A stretch of 64,000 nucleotides of DNA from an uncultured Holophagales bacterium (GTDB lineage: Bacteria > Acidobacteriota > Thermoanaerobaculia > Multivoradales > UBA5704). Below are positions 43,901-55,600 of this stretch, one piece after another (positions within the stretch are counted from its first letter, which is position 1; each line of letters opens with the position of its first letter). The notes under the pieces were generated by a model, which saw nothing but the letters and a program-made list of their open reading frames with translations, was not told the DNA's origin and made no database searches. Made by a program: the position numbers and the translations under genes. The stretch lies in NCBI GenBank assembly GCA_963842525.1, contig CAWJGT010000003.1:384001-448000 (forward strand), written 5' to 3'.

Positions 43901-46900
43901 CGATCGGCGTCGAGGTCCCGTTGCAGGATCTCCTTGCCCGCCCGACGATCGCGGGGATGGCGGCGCTGGTCGCCGAGCGGGCGGCGGTGGGGCCCATCGG
44001 CCCCGGCTCCGCTCTCGGTGCGGCCCGCCTCCTGCCGCGGCTCGTCCCGGACCCCGACCGCAGGTCTGAGCCGTTCCCTCTGACCGACCTCCAGCAGGCC
44101 TACTGGATCGGCCGCAGCGGGGACGTGGCACTGGGCGGCGTGTCGACTCACGTCTACCTCGAGATCGACGCTCTCGGGCTGGACGTGGGCCGGCTGAATC
44201 GCGCGCTGGTGCGGCTGATCGGGCACCACGGGATGCTGCGGGGCATCGTCCTGGCGGACGGTACGCAACGCATCCTCCCGGAGGTGCCTCTCTATCGCAT
44301 CGGGGTGCTCGACCTGCGCGGAGTGACTTGGGATGGGGATGGGGCCGGCGCCGCGCCCGGCCTGGAGCAGGTCCGCCGGCGGATGTCCCATCAGGTCCTG
44401 CCGAGCGATCGTTGGCCGCTGTTCGAGGTGCGGGCGAGCCTGCTGGGCCACGGCCGGGTACGGCTGCACATCAGCTTCGACTTCCTGATCGGCGACGCCT
44501 GGAGCTGGCGGCTCCTGGTGAGCGATCTCGCCCGCCTGTACCGGGATCCGGAGGCGCAGCTCCCGGAGCTCGCCATCTCGTTCCGCGAGTATGTCCTCGC
44601 CGAGCTGGCGCTCCAGGAGGGCGAGCTCTACCGGGCCGCGCTCGCGTATTGGCGCGAGCGCTTGGCGGACCTCCCGGGACCCCCGGAGCTGCCGCAGGAC
44701 GGGCCGGGCCCGCTCCCCGCGGGCTCCCGTTTCACGCGCCGCGGGGCTCGCCTCGAGAAGGAGCTTTGGGACCGGCTCAAGGCGCTGGCGCGCCGGCGCG
44801 GGCTCACCCCGTCCGGCGTCCTGGCGGCCGCCTTTTGCGAGGCTCTCGCCGCGTGGAGCAAGAGCCCGCGGTTCACCTTGAACCTCACCATTTTCAACCG
44901 GCTCCCCCTGCACCCCGAGGTCAACCGGCTGGTCGGGGACTTCACCTCCGTGCTCCTCCTTGCGGTGGACGGCTCGGCAGCCGGCCGGTTCGAAGAGCGT
45001 GCCCGTCTCGTGCAAGGCCGTCTCTGGGAGGCGTTGGAGCACCGCTCCGTGAGCGGCGTCCGCATCCTGCGCGAGCTGGCGCGGTCGCGTGGTTCCGGTC
45101 CGGCGCCGGCGCTGCCCGTGGTGTTCACCAGCATCCTGAACCTCGACGCGGGTGCCGGCGCGGAGCCGGCGTTCGTCGGGGACCTGCCGCGCAGCGAGGT
45201 GGTGTACGGCATCTCACAGACGCCGCAGGTCCTCCTCGATCACCAGGTCAGCGAGTCCGCGGGCACCCTGTTCTACAACTGGGACGCCGTGGATGCGGCG
45301 TTCCCTCCCGGCCTCCTGGACGACATGTTCGCCGCCTACCGGGTGCTGCTCGAACGCCTGGCGGCAGGAGAGGAGGCGTGGCTGGAGGAGTCGCCTCTCG
45401 CGCCGCCGCTGCCATTTCCCGTCCCTGCCTCGCCAGCACTGATGGAGCCCGCACGGCTGGAGTCGCTGTTCGCACGCCAGGTGGCGCGGCACGCCGGCCG
45501 GCCGGCGGTCATCGGTACGGACCGCGTGCTGACCTATGCAGAATTGGACCGCCGCGCGAGCTGCCTGGCGCACCGCCTCTGCGCGCTGGAAGTGAGCCGT
45601 GACCGACTGATCGCGGTCGTGATGGAGAAGGGCTGGGAGCAGGTCGTCGCCGTGCTGGCGATCCTGCGCGCGGGCGCGGCCTATCTGCCGATCGACGCCG
45701 GGCTGCCGCCGGAGCGGCTGCACAGTCTGCTGGCCGAAAGCACGCTGGCGATCACCCAGGCCCGGCTGGAGAAGGCACTCGGCTGGCCGGAGGGCCTCGT
45801 GCTCCTGTCCGTCGCCGAAGAGGAGGAGCAGGGCGCGGCCGAGCCGCCGCGGATCGAGGGCCGTCCCGAGGATCTGGCCTACGTCATCTTCACCTCCGGC
45901 TCGACCGGGACGCCCAAGGGGGTGATGATCGAGCACCGCGCGGCGGTCAATACGGTGCTCGACATCAACCGGCGCTTCGGCGTCGGGCCCGGCGATCGCG
46001 TCCTCGGGCTCTCGTCCTTGAGCTTCGACCTCTCGGTCTACGACATCTTCGGACCGCTCGCGGCCGGCGGCGCACTCGTGCTGCCCGAGCCGTCGGCGGC
46101 CCGCGAGCCGGCGCGCTGGACGGAGATGCTGGCCGGCCAGCGCGTCACCGTCTGGAATTCGGTCCCGGCGCTGCTGGACATGCTGATCGAGCATCTGGGC
46201 CAGCGCGGGGAGCCGCTACCGGACCTCCTGCGGCTGGTGCTGCTCTCCGGCGACTGGATCCCCGTCAGCCTGCCCGACCGGGTGCGGGCGGCGGCGCCCG
46301 GCGGAGTCCAGGTGGTCAGCCTGGGAGGTGCCACGGAAGCCGCCATCTGGTCGGTCCTCTATCCGATCGGCGATGTCGATCCGGCCTGGTCGAGCATCCC
46401 CTATGGCCGTCCGATGGAGGGCCAGCAGCTCCATGTGCTCGACGGCAGGCGACAGCCGCGGCCGGTCTGGGCGGTGGGGGAGCTCTACATCGGCGGGGCC
46501 GGAGTGGCGCGCGGCTACTGGCAGGACGAGGCGAAGACGGAGGCGGCTTTCGTCCGGCATCCGCGTACCGGCGAGCGGCTCTACCGGACGGGGGACCTGG
46601 GGCGGTGGCTCCCCGACGGCAAGATCGAGCTGCTCGGACGCGAGGACGCGCAGGTCAAGATCCAGGGTTTCCGCATTGAGCTCGGAGAGATCGAGGCGGC
46701 GCTCGCCCGGCACCCGTCGGTCGCTGCCTGCGCCGTGGTCGCGGCAGGCGAGCGCACCCGCCAGCGGCTGGTCGGATATGTGGTGGCGGCCGATGCCGGC
46801 ACGCCTGTGGATACGGACGACCTCAAGAGCTTTCTCGCCGCCTGCCTGCCTGCCTATATGGTCCCGGCCGCGTTCATCCATCTGCCGCTGCTGCCGCTCA

Positions 46901-49630
46901 CCGGCAACGGCAAGGTGGACAGAGCCGCCCTGCCGGCGCCCGAGCTGCGGCCCGCCGGCTCGTTCGTGCCCCCCGCAACTTCGGCCGAGCAGGCGCTGGC
47001 CGAGATCTGGCGCGAGCTCCCTGGGCGCCGAACGGGTGGGCTCCGCCGACAACTTCTTCGCGCTCGGCGGCGATTCGGTCCTGAGCCTCCAGGTGGTCGG
47101 CAGGGCGGCGCGCGCAGGGCTCCATCTGACCGCGAGCCAGGTCTTCCAGCAGCAGACGCTCGGCGAGCTCGCCGCTGCGGCCGCCGCCGCCCCGTCCGAC
47201 GACGGACCGGTGCCGGTCCCGCGCGACCGCGACCTGCCTCTCTCCTACGCCCAGGAGAGGCTGTGGTTCCTCGATCAGTTGGCCGATGGCAGCGCCGTCT
47301 ACAACATCCCCAGCGCGGTGCGCCTCGCAGGACCGTTCAATATGGCGGTGCTCGCGCGCAGCCTGAACGAGGTGGTGCGGCGCCACGAGGCTCTGAGGAC
47401 GACCTTTCCGGAGGCCGGCGGGCGGGCGCGCCAGGTGATCGCCGGCTCCCTGCGTGTGGCGATCCCGGTTATCGACCTGCGGCGGCTGCCCGCGAGCGGC
47501 CGGAGCGAGGAGGTCGAGCGGCAGGCGCTGGCGGCAGGGCTCTATCCCTTCCGCCTCGGCAGCGAACCGCTGCTGCGCGCGGTCCTGCTACGGCTGGACG
47601 CCGAGGAGCACGTGCTGCTGTTCACCATTGCGCACATCGCCAGCGACGGCTGGTCGATGGCTCTGCTGGTGCGCGAGGTCGCGACGCTCTATGCCGCGTT
47701 CACGGCCGGTCGCCCCTCGCCGCTGCCGGAGCTGCCCTTGCAGTACGCCGATTTCGCGGTGTGGCAGCGCCGGTGGCTGCAGGGGGACGCCGCGGCGCAG
47801 CGTCTCGCCTACTGGACGCGGCGGCTCGCCGGCTCCGCCTCCCTCGAGCTCCCGGCCGATCGCCCGCGTCCGCAGCGCGCCACGTTCCGCGGCGCCAGCA
47901 GGAGCTTCGACCTGCTGCCCGCGCTCGCCCGGGAGGTGAGGGCCCTGGGCGCGCAGCAGGGGACCACCCTGTTCATGACCCTGCTCGCTGCCTACGGTGC
48001 ATTGCTCCACGTGCTCTCCGGCCAGAACGACGTCGCAATCGGGACCGATGTGGCGGAACGCAGCCGTCCGGAGATCGAAGGGCTGATCGGATTCTTCGTC
48101 AATCAGCTCGTCCTGCGCCTGGACCTCGGCGGCGATCCCACGTTTGCCGAGCTGCTGCAGCGGACCCGCGCCATCGCGCTCGAGGCGTTCGATCATCAGG
48201 GCATCCCCTTCCAGCACCTGGTGGAAGCCCTCAAGCCGCCGCGGCGCCCCGGCCGGCAGCCTTTCTTCCAGGTCAAGCTCGTCCTGCAGGCAGCCCCGGG
48301 GGACGACCGGCCTCCGGAGGAAGGGGACGGGCCGGGCCTGCGCGTGAGCGCCCTCGACCTGGAGTATGGGATCACGCAACTGGACCTCATCCTCTTCGTC
48401 TGGGAGCGCGGCCAGGACCTGCGATGCACTCTTCAATATGCGCGCGACCTGTTCCTGCCGGCGACGATCGACCGGATGATCAGGTTCTTCGTCAGGTCGC
48501 TCGAGCGCGCGGTCGCCGAGCCGACGACCCGGCTCAGCGCCCTCGGCGCCGAGCTCGAAAACGTGGACCTGGAAACCAGAGCCAAGGAGACAACGATGCA
48601 ACAGGGACCCAGCAAGTTCAAATCCATCAAGCCGAAAGCGGTCAACCTCTCGCAGCGGCCGGTCGTGTCGCTGGAGCCGCACGGCGACAAGGGGCTGCCG
48701 CTGGTCGTGCAACCGGCGGCCGAGAACGTGGACCTGGCCGACTGGGCCGCGCACAACGGACAGCTCCTCGAAGACAAGCTGACGCAGCATGGGGCGGTCC
48801 TCTTCCGCGGTTTCGAGATCGACTCGCCGCCGGTGTTCGAGCGCTTCGCGGGGGCCATCTGCCGCGAGTTCTTCAGCGAAAACGGCGAGCACCCCAGGAC
48901 CTCAGTCAGCGGCAACGTCTATACGCCGGTCTTCTATCCGCCCGAAAAGCAGCTCCTGTGGCACAACGAGAACTCCTTCAACCATCGTTGGCCGCGCAAG
49001 ATCTGGTTCGGCTGTGCGCGGCCCGCCGACACCGGCGGCGAGACGCCGGTCGTCGACAGCCGCCAGGTCTACCAGCGCATCAGCCCGGCCCTGCGAGAGA
49101 AGTTCGCTTCCCGGAAAGTGATGTATGTGCGCAACTATGGCGGCGGGCTCGGGCTCGACTGGCAGACGGTGTTCCAGACCGACGACAAGGCCAGGGTGGA
49201 GCAGGTCTGCCGTGACAACCGGCTCGAGGCCGAGTGGAAGGACGGCGACCGCCTGCGCACGCGTTGCGTCAGACCGGCGGTGGTGAAACATCCCCTGACC
49301 GGCGAGATGGTGTGGTTCAACCAGGCCCAGCACTGGCATGTCTCCTGCCTCGATCCGGCCACCCGCGAATCCATCTCGACGCTCTTTGCGGAGGAGGACT
49401 TTCCCAGGGCCTGCTACTACGGGGACGGCTCGCCGATCGAGGACGCGGAGATGCGGGAGATTCTGGACGTCTACCGGGGCCTGGAGGTCAGCTTCCCCTG
49501 GCAGCGCGGCGACGTGATGCTGGTCGACAACCTGCTGGCCGCCCACGGCCGCAACGCCTTCGCCGGTGAGCGCAAGATCATGGTGGTGATGGGCGACATG
49601 ATGAGTTTCGACGAGGTCGAGTGCTCGTGA
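40963..49630 (+). CDS. Megasynthase 3: KS-AT-ACP-Cy-A(Cys)-PCP-C-TauD dioxygenase, about 2888 aa after correcting a +1 frameshift at ~47019
   Basis: ATG at 40963 with GGAG at 40953-40956, overlapping the previous stop. KS QTACSTS; AT GHSVG and HAFH; Cy [14 protein letters not shown] and DFLIGDAWS; A code DLYNLSLIWK; PCP GGDSV; C AHIASDG; TauD WHNENS and HGRNAF. Confidence 0.92.
44070..47180 (+). other. Heterocyclisation module Cy-A(Cys)-PCP with no oxidase domain (thiazoline)
   Basis: DxxxxDxxS Cy motif and Cys code. The A8-A10 region is uninterrupted, so there is no Ox insertion. Confidence 0.85.
48596..49630 (+). other. TauD/TfdA Fe(II)/2-oxoglutarate dioxygenase domain (SyrP-like beta-hydroxylase), fused in frame and preceded by its own RBS and ATG
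   Basis: [12 protein letters not shown] facial motif, [17 protein letters not shown] and [15 protein letters not shown] at 48584-48589 lies 6 nt before an in-frame ATG at 48596. Confidence 0.88.
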
Positions 49631-49649
49631 GCCGGGGCGCGGATAGGGG

Positions 49650-52600
49650 ATGAGCATGGAGATCGAGGGCTACCGGCTCTCGCCGCAGCAGAAGCGCCTG
49701 TGGGCGCGGACTGCCGGCGGTCCGGCCTTGTGCAGCCAGTGCGGGATCCTGATCGAGGGGGAGGTGAGCCCGGACGGGCTTGCCAGGGCGTTCGCCGCCC
49801 TTGTCGAGCGCCATCAGATCCTGCGTACGGCGTTCCTGCGTCAGCCCGGAATCCGCTTCCCCCTGCAGGTCATCGCCGCAGGAGACGCACCGCGCTGGCG
49901 CGCGGTCGACCTGAGCGCCGATCCGGAGCCGGAGCGACAGGCCCGGCTCGGCGAGCTGCTGCGCGCCCAGGCCGGCACGGGCCGCGATCTGGAGAGCGGG
50001 CGCGCCGTCGACGGGGTGCTCGTCCGGCTGTCGGCCGGCCGTCACGCTCTGCTGGTCGGCTTGCCCGCACTGTGTGCGGACGGCCGCACGCTCGCCAACC
50101 TGATGCGCGAGCTCGGACGGTTGTACGCGGTCTGCCTGGACGGCGGACCCGAGCCGGAGGAGCCGGTCCAGTACGTCCAGTTCTCCGAATGGCTCTACGA
50201 GCTGGATCCCGAGGAGGCCCGCGGCGCCAGATATTGGGACGAGCAGGATCTGGCCGCGTCTCCGCCGCCCGCCATCCCCTTCGGCGAGCGCCGGGCGGGG
50301 GGCGTCTTCTCTCCCACCGGCGTTACCGTGCCGCTCGACCCCGGCCTCACCGCACGGTTGCGCGGTCTGGCCGCGACGTGCCGCGCCGCGCCGGCCGACG
50401 TCCTCATGGCCGGCTGGCTGGCGCTGCTCTGGCGGCTCACCGGCCGGCCGCAGCTCGTCGTAGCGCGCCTCTGCGAAGGCAGGAAGGACGAGGAGCTGCA
50501 GGACGCCCTCGGCCTCTTCGCGCGGTTCCTGCCGCTGCGTTGCACCCTCGACGGCAGCGGCCCGTTCTCCGCTCTGGTCCGCCAGCTTCGCGACGCCGGG
50601 AAGCTGGCCGTCCGCTGGGAGGAGCTCTTCGCCCGGCAGGAGGCCGCGGACGGCGCCGGCGAGCCGCCGGTGGCCGCGGCCTTCGAGTGGCAGGAGGAGC
50701 CCGAGCCGTTCGCCGCTGCAGGGGTCGATTTTTCGCTCTTCCACCGCGATGCCTGTTTCGAGCCGTTCGAGGTCAAGCTCGCCTGCCGCGAGCGACAGGG
50801 TGCATTCACAGCCGAGCTTCTGGTTCGACGGCAGCCTCTTTGCGGCCGGCGACATGGAGCGTCTGGCCGGCCGGCTTCTCGCCGTGCTGCGCAGCACTGC
50901 GGCGGATCCCGAGGCTCGCCTCGACGACCTGGAGGCGGTCGGCGACGCCGAGCGGCAGGCGCTGCTGGTGGGCTTCAACTCCACGCAGTCGCCCTCGCCG
51001 CAGGGGCGGTGCGTCCATCACCTCTTCGCAGAGCAGGTCGCGCGCACGCCGGACGCAATCGCCGTGGTCGGTGGCGAGGAGCGCCTGACCTTCCGGGAGC
51101 TCGGCCGCCGCGCCGGCTGGCTCGCCCGCTGGCTGCGCGGCCGCTCTGTCGGTCCGGACGTGCCGGTGGCGCTCGCCGCCGCGCGCTCGCCGGAGATGCT
51201 GATCGCCGTGCTCGGCATTCTCGAGGCCGGTGGCGCCTACGTGCCGGTCGACCCGACTTCCCCGGCGGAGCGCATCTCCTTCGTGCTGGAGCAGAGCCGG
51301 GCGGCCCTGCTGCTGGCGGAGCTCCGGTTGCTCGCGGCGCTGCCGGACGGCGGAGTGGAGGTCGTGGACCTCGATGTGGCCCTCGAGCAGGCGGCAGAGG
51401 GTACCGGAGGCGCGGGCGGCGGAGCCGTCCCGGAAAGCCTTGCCTACGTCCTCTACACCTCTGGCTCGACCGGTGTTCCCAAGGGGGTGATGGTCACTCA
51501 CCAGGGGCTCTGCAACTATCTTACGTGGGCTTGCGAGGCCTACTTGGACGGTAGCGGCCGTGGGGCGCCCCTGCATTCGCCGCTCGGCTTCGATCTGACG
51601 GTGACGAGCCTGTTTGGGCCGCTGCTCGCAGGCGTTCCGGTGGTTGTGATTCCGGAGGAGGGGCCGGGAGCGCTCGTCGAGCCGCTGGCCGCGGGCGAGC
51701 CTTTCGCCCTCGTCAAGGCGACGCCGGCCCATCTGGAGGTCCTCAACCGCCTGCTGCCACCGGAGGCTTTCGCCACCGCGACGCGGGTGCTCGTCGTCGG
51801 CGGCGAGGCGTTCCGCGGCGAAACCGTCCGGCCCTGGGGCGCCGCACCTACCGCGGTCCGGATCGTCAACGAATACGGGCCCACCGAGACCGTCGTGGGA
51901 TGTTGCGTCTATGAGCTCCCGGCCGGAGCCCCAATCGCCAGCAACGTGCCCATTGGCAAGCCGATCGCCAATACGCAGATCTATCTGGTCAACCCCCGTG
52001 GCCGCATCGTCCCGGCCGGTGTGGCGGGAGAGCTCCTGATCGGCGGCGCCGGCCTGGCGCGCGGCTATCTCGGCCAGCCCTCGCTGACGGCGGAGAGGTT
52101 CGTCCCCGATCCGTTTGGAGGCGCGCCCGGTGGGCGGCTCTACCGCTCCGGAGACCTGGCGCTCCTGCGCTGGGATGGAGAGCTCGAGTACCTGGGCCGG
52201 ATCGACCGGCAGGTGAAGGTCCGCGGCTTCCGCATCGAGCTGGAGGAGATCGAAGCGGTGCTGGGACAGCACGCGGCCGTGCGGGAGGCGGTCGTGCTGG
52301 CGCGCGAGGACGTGCCGGGCGACCGGAGGCTCGTGGCCTACGTGGTAGGAGCGGATGGCGGGGCGCGGGAGGCCGGCCTTCTGCGCGAGCACCTGGGACG
52401 GAAGCTGCCGGACTACATGCTGCCTGCGGCATGGGTGTGGCTGGAGTCCATGCCACTGACCCCCAACGGCAAGGTCGACCGGCGGGCGCTGCCGCCGCCG
52501 GACGAGGTGGGCGGCACCGGGGGCGCCGCGGCTCATGAGCTGAGTCCGGTCGAAGAGATGGTGGCAGGCGTCTGGTGCGAGGTATTGGGCCGGGGGCGGG

Positions 52601-55600
52601 TCGGGGCCGACGACGACTTCTTCCAGATCGGCGGCCACTCGCTGCTGGCCACGCAGGTGATGTTCCGCTTGAGCCAGATCTTCGGAATCAGGCTACCGGT
52701 CAACCAACTGTTCGAAACACCGACGGTAGGGGGGCTCGCGGGCCAGATCGAAGCACACCTGCGGCAGCAGATCGGCCCGGTGCCACCCCTCGTGCCGGCC
52801 GGCAGGGAGGGAGAGCTGCCCCTCTCCTTCGCCCAGGAACGGCTCTGGTTCCTCGACCGGCTGCAGGCGGGGCCGCCGGTCTACAACGTCCCCATCGCCC
52901 TGCGTCTCTCCGGTGCGCTGGACGTATGCGCCCTGGAGGCAAGCCTCGGGGAGGTCGTCCGCCGCCACGAGGTGCTGCGCACCGCCTATCCCGAGGTCGC
53001 GGGGCGGCCGGTGCAACGAATCCTGCAGCCCGGCCGCAGCCTGCCGCTGGTAGATCTGAGCGGGCTTGCTCCGGGCCAGCGCGAGCCGGAGGCGCGGCGC
53101 CTCGCCCGGCGGGAGGCGCTCTCCGGATTTGACTTGGCGCGCGGGCCGGTGCTGCGCACGACCGTCGTGCGGCTGGCAGAAGCGGAGCACCTCCTCCTGC
53201 TCACCGTCCACCACATCGCGAGCGACGGCTTCTCGCTGCAGATCCTGATCCGCGAGGCGGCAGCGCTCTATGGCGCCTTTGTTGCGGGGAGGCCGTCCCC
53301 CCTCCCCGATCTGCCGGTCCAGTACGCCGACTTCGCCAGGTGGCAGCGGCACCTGCTGACCGGTGAAGCGCTCGACCGCGAGCTCGACTACTGGCGCGAC
53401 CGGCTTTCCGGAGCCCCATCTTCTCTCGACTTGCCGACTGACCGGCCGCGTCCGCCGATCCCGAGCTACCGTGGCGCCGAAGAGCCATGGGCGCTCTCCC
53501 CGGTTCTGTCACTCGCGCTCGAAGAAGGGGCGCGGCGCCACGGCGCGACGCTGTTCATGGTCCTCGTCGCAGCGTTTCAGGTGCTGCTGGCGCGGTACGC
53601 GGATCAGGAAGAGGTGCTGCTGGGCACCGCCGTTGCCGGCCGGGTACACCCAGAGACGGAAGGGCTCATCGGCTGCTTCGTCAATATGCTGGTTCTGCGC
53701 GCCGCCGTGGGCGACGCGCCGTCGTTCACCGGCTTCCTGGCGCGTGTGCGAGAGGCCGCGCTCGGGGCGTACGCGCACCAGGAGCTGCCCTTCGAGCGTC
53801 TGGTGGAGGAGCTGCGGCCGGAGCGTGACCTCAGCCGGTCCCCCCTGTTCCAGGCCATGCTCGTGCTGGAGCGGGTGCCGCCGGAGACCCCCGGGATCCC
53901 GGGCCTGCTCCTGGCCTCCGAGCCCGTGGGGGCCGCGGTCGCCCGTTTCGAGTGGACGCTGTGGGCGTTCGCCGCCGGTGAGAGGATCCAGGGGACCCTT
54001 GAATACGCCACCGATCTGTTCGATCGGGCGACGGTCCGGCGTGCGGTCGGCCACCTGGGGAGCGTCCTGGCCGCCGCGGCGTCCGATCCGGAGCGCCCGG
54101 TGCGCGAGCTGCTGCTCCTCTCCGCCGCCGAGCGGCAGCAGATCGCGTGGGAGTGGAACGACACCGGCGGCCGTGCGGTGCCCCTGCCGATGCCGCAGGC
54201 ATTTGAGGCGCTCGCCGCGAGCGAGCCCGACCGGGTGGCGATCGAGCTGGCCGGCCTCTGTCTGACCTATAGCGAGCTCGACCGCCGCGCGGCGCGCCTG
54301 GCCGGCCGTCTGCGGGCGCTGGGCGCCGGCGCCGGAGCCCATGTGGGGATCGTCGGGGTCTGCCTCGAACGGTCGCCGCGGCTCCCCCTGGCTCTTCTCG
54401 GCGTGCTCAAGGCCGGCGGCGCATACCTGCCTCTCGATCCCTCCCACCCGCCGGAGCGCCTGCAGCTCATGCTGGACGACTCGGGCGCCGCGATCGTGGT
54501 GACGGAGGAGGCGCTCGCATCCCGGTTCGCAGGCTCCGGCGCCGCACTGCTGGACCTCGACCGCGACGATGCCACGCCTGAGCCGGAGGAGAGCCGGGGC
54601 TGCGGTCCCTCCCCGGACGACCGGGCTTATGTGATCTACACCTCGGGCTCGACCGGCCGTCCCAAAGGGGTCGAGGTCTGCCATGGCTCTCTCGCCAACT
54701 TCCTCGGCTCGATGCGCCGCCGGCCCGGTCTCGATGCGAAAGACCGGCTGCTCGCGGTGACCTCGCCGTCCTTCGATATCACCGCGCTCGAGCTCTACCT
54801 GCCGCTCGCCGTCGGCGCCCGGATCGTCCTGGCGTCGCGCGAGGAGGCGATGGACGGCCGGCTCCTGGCTGCGGCCTGGGAGCGCGCCCAGGCCACAGTG
54901 CTGCAGGCGACGCCCGCCACCTGGGCCCTGCTGACCGCCGCCGGCTGGCCCGGCGCGTCCGCCGGCATGGCGCTGTGCGGCGGCGAGGAGCTGGGGCCTG
55001 CCCTTGCCGAGGCCCTGGCGCGCCGGGGGCCCGCCTGGAACCTCTACGGACCGACCGAGACGACGGTATGGTCGACCGTGGCGCGCGTCGAGCCGGCATC
55101 GGCGGATCGTCCGGTTTCCATCGGCCGGCCAATCGCCAACACCGAGGTCCACGTCGTGGACGCGGATCTCTCGTCCCTCCCGGTCGGCCTCCGCGGTGAG
55201 CTGGTCATCGGCGGGGACGGCGTGGCCCGTGGCTATCTGGGCCGCCCGGATCTGACTGCCGAGCGCTTCGTGCCAGACTCTTTCAGCCAGCGTCCAGGAG
55301 CACGTCTCTACCGCACCGGCGATATGGCGCGCTGGCGTCCCGACGGGACGCTCGCCTTCGCCGGACGACGTGACCACCAGGTCAAGCTGCGGGGGCACCG
55401 CATCGAGCTCGGCGAGATCGAGGCGGCGCTCGCGGCCTGCCCCGGAGTCCGTGAGGCGGTGGCGGTAGCGCAAGGAGAGGGGAGCGAACGGCGGCTCGTG
55501 GCCTACGTCGCGGGCGGCGGTGCGCCGGTCGCCGCGGTGGCGGTGCGCGCTGCTCTCGCGGGCAGGCTGCCGGCGGTCATGCTGCCCGAGGTCGTCGTCC

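Noticed and set aside
6061-50819. Programmed ribosomal frameshifting in the megasynthases
   Set aside because: The six sites share no slippery sequence or stimulatory structure, so sequencing error is the simpler explanation.
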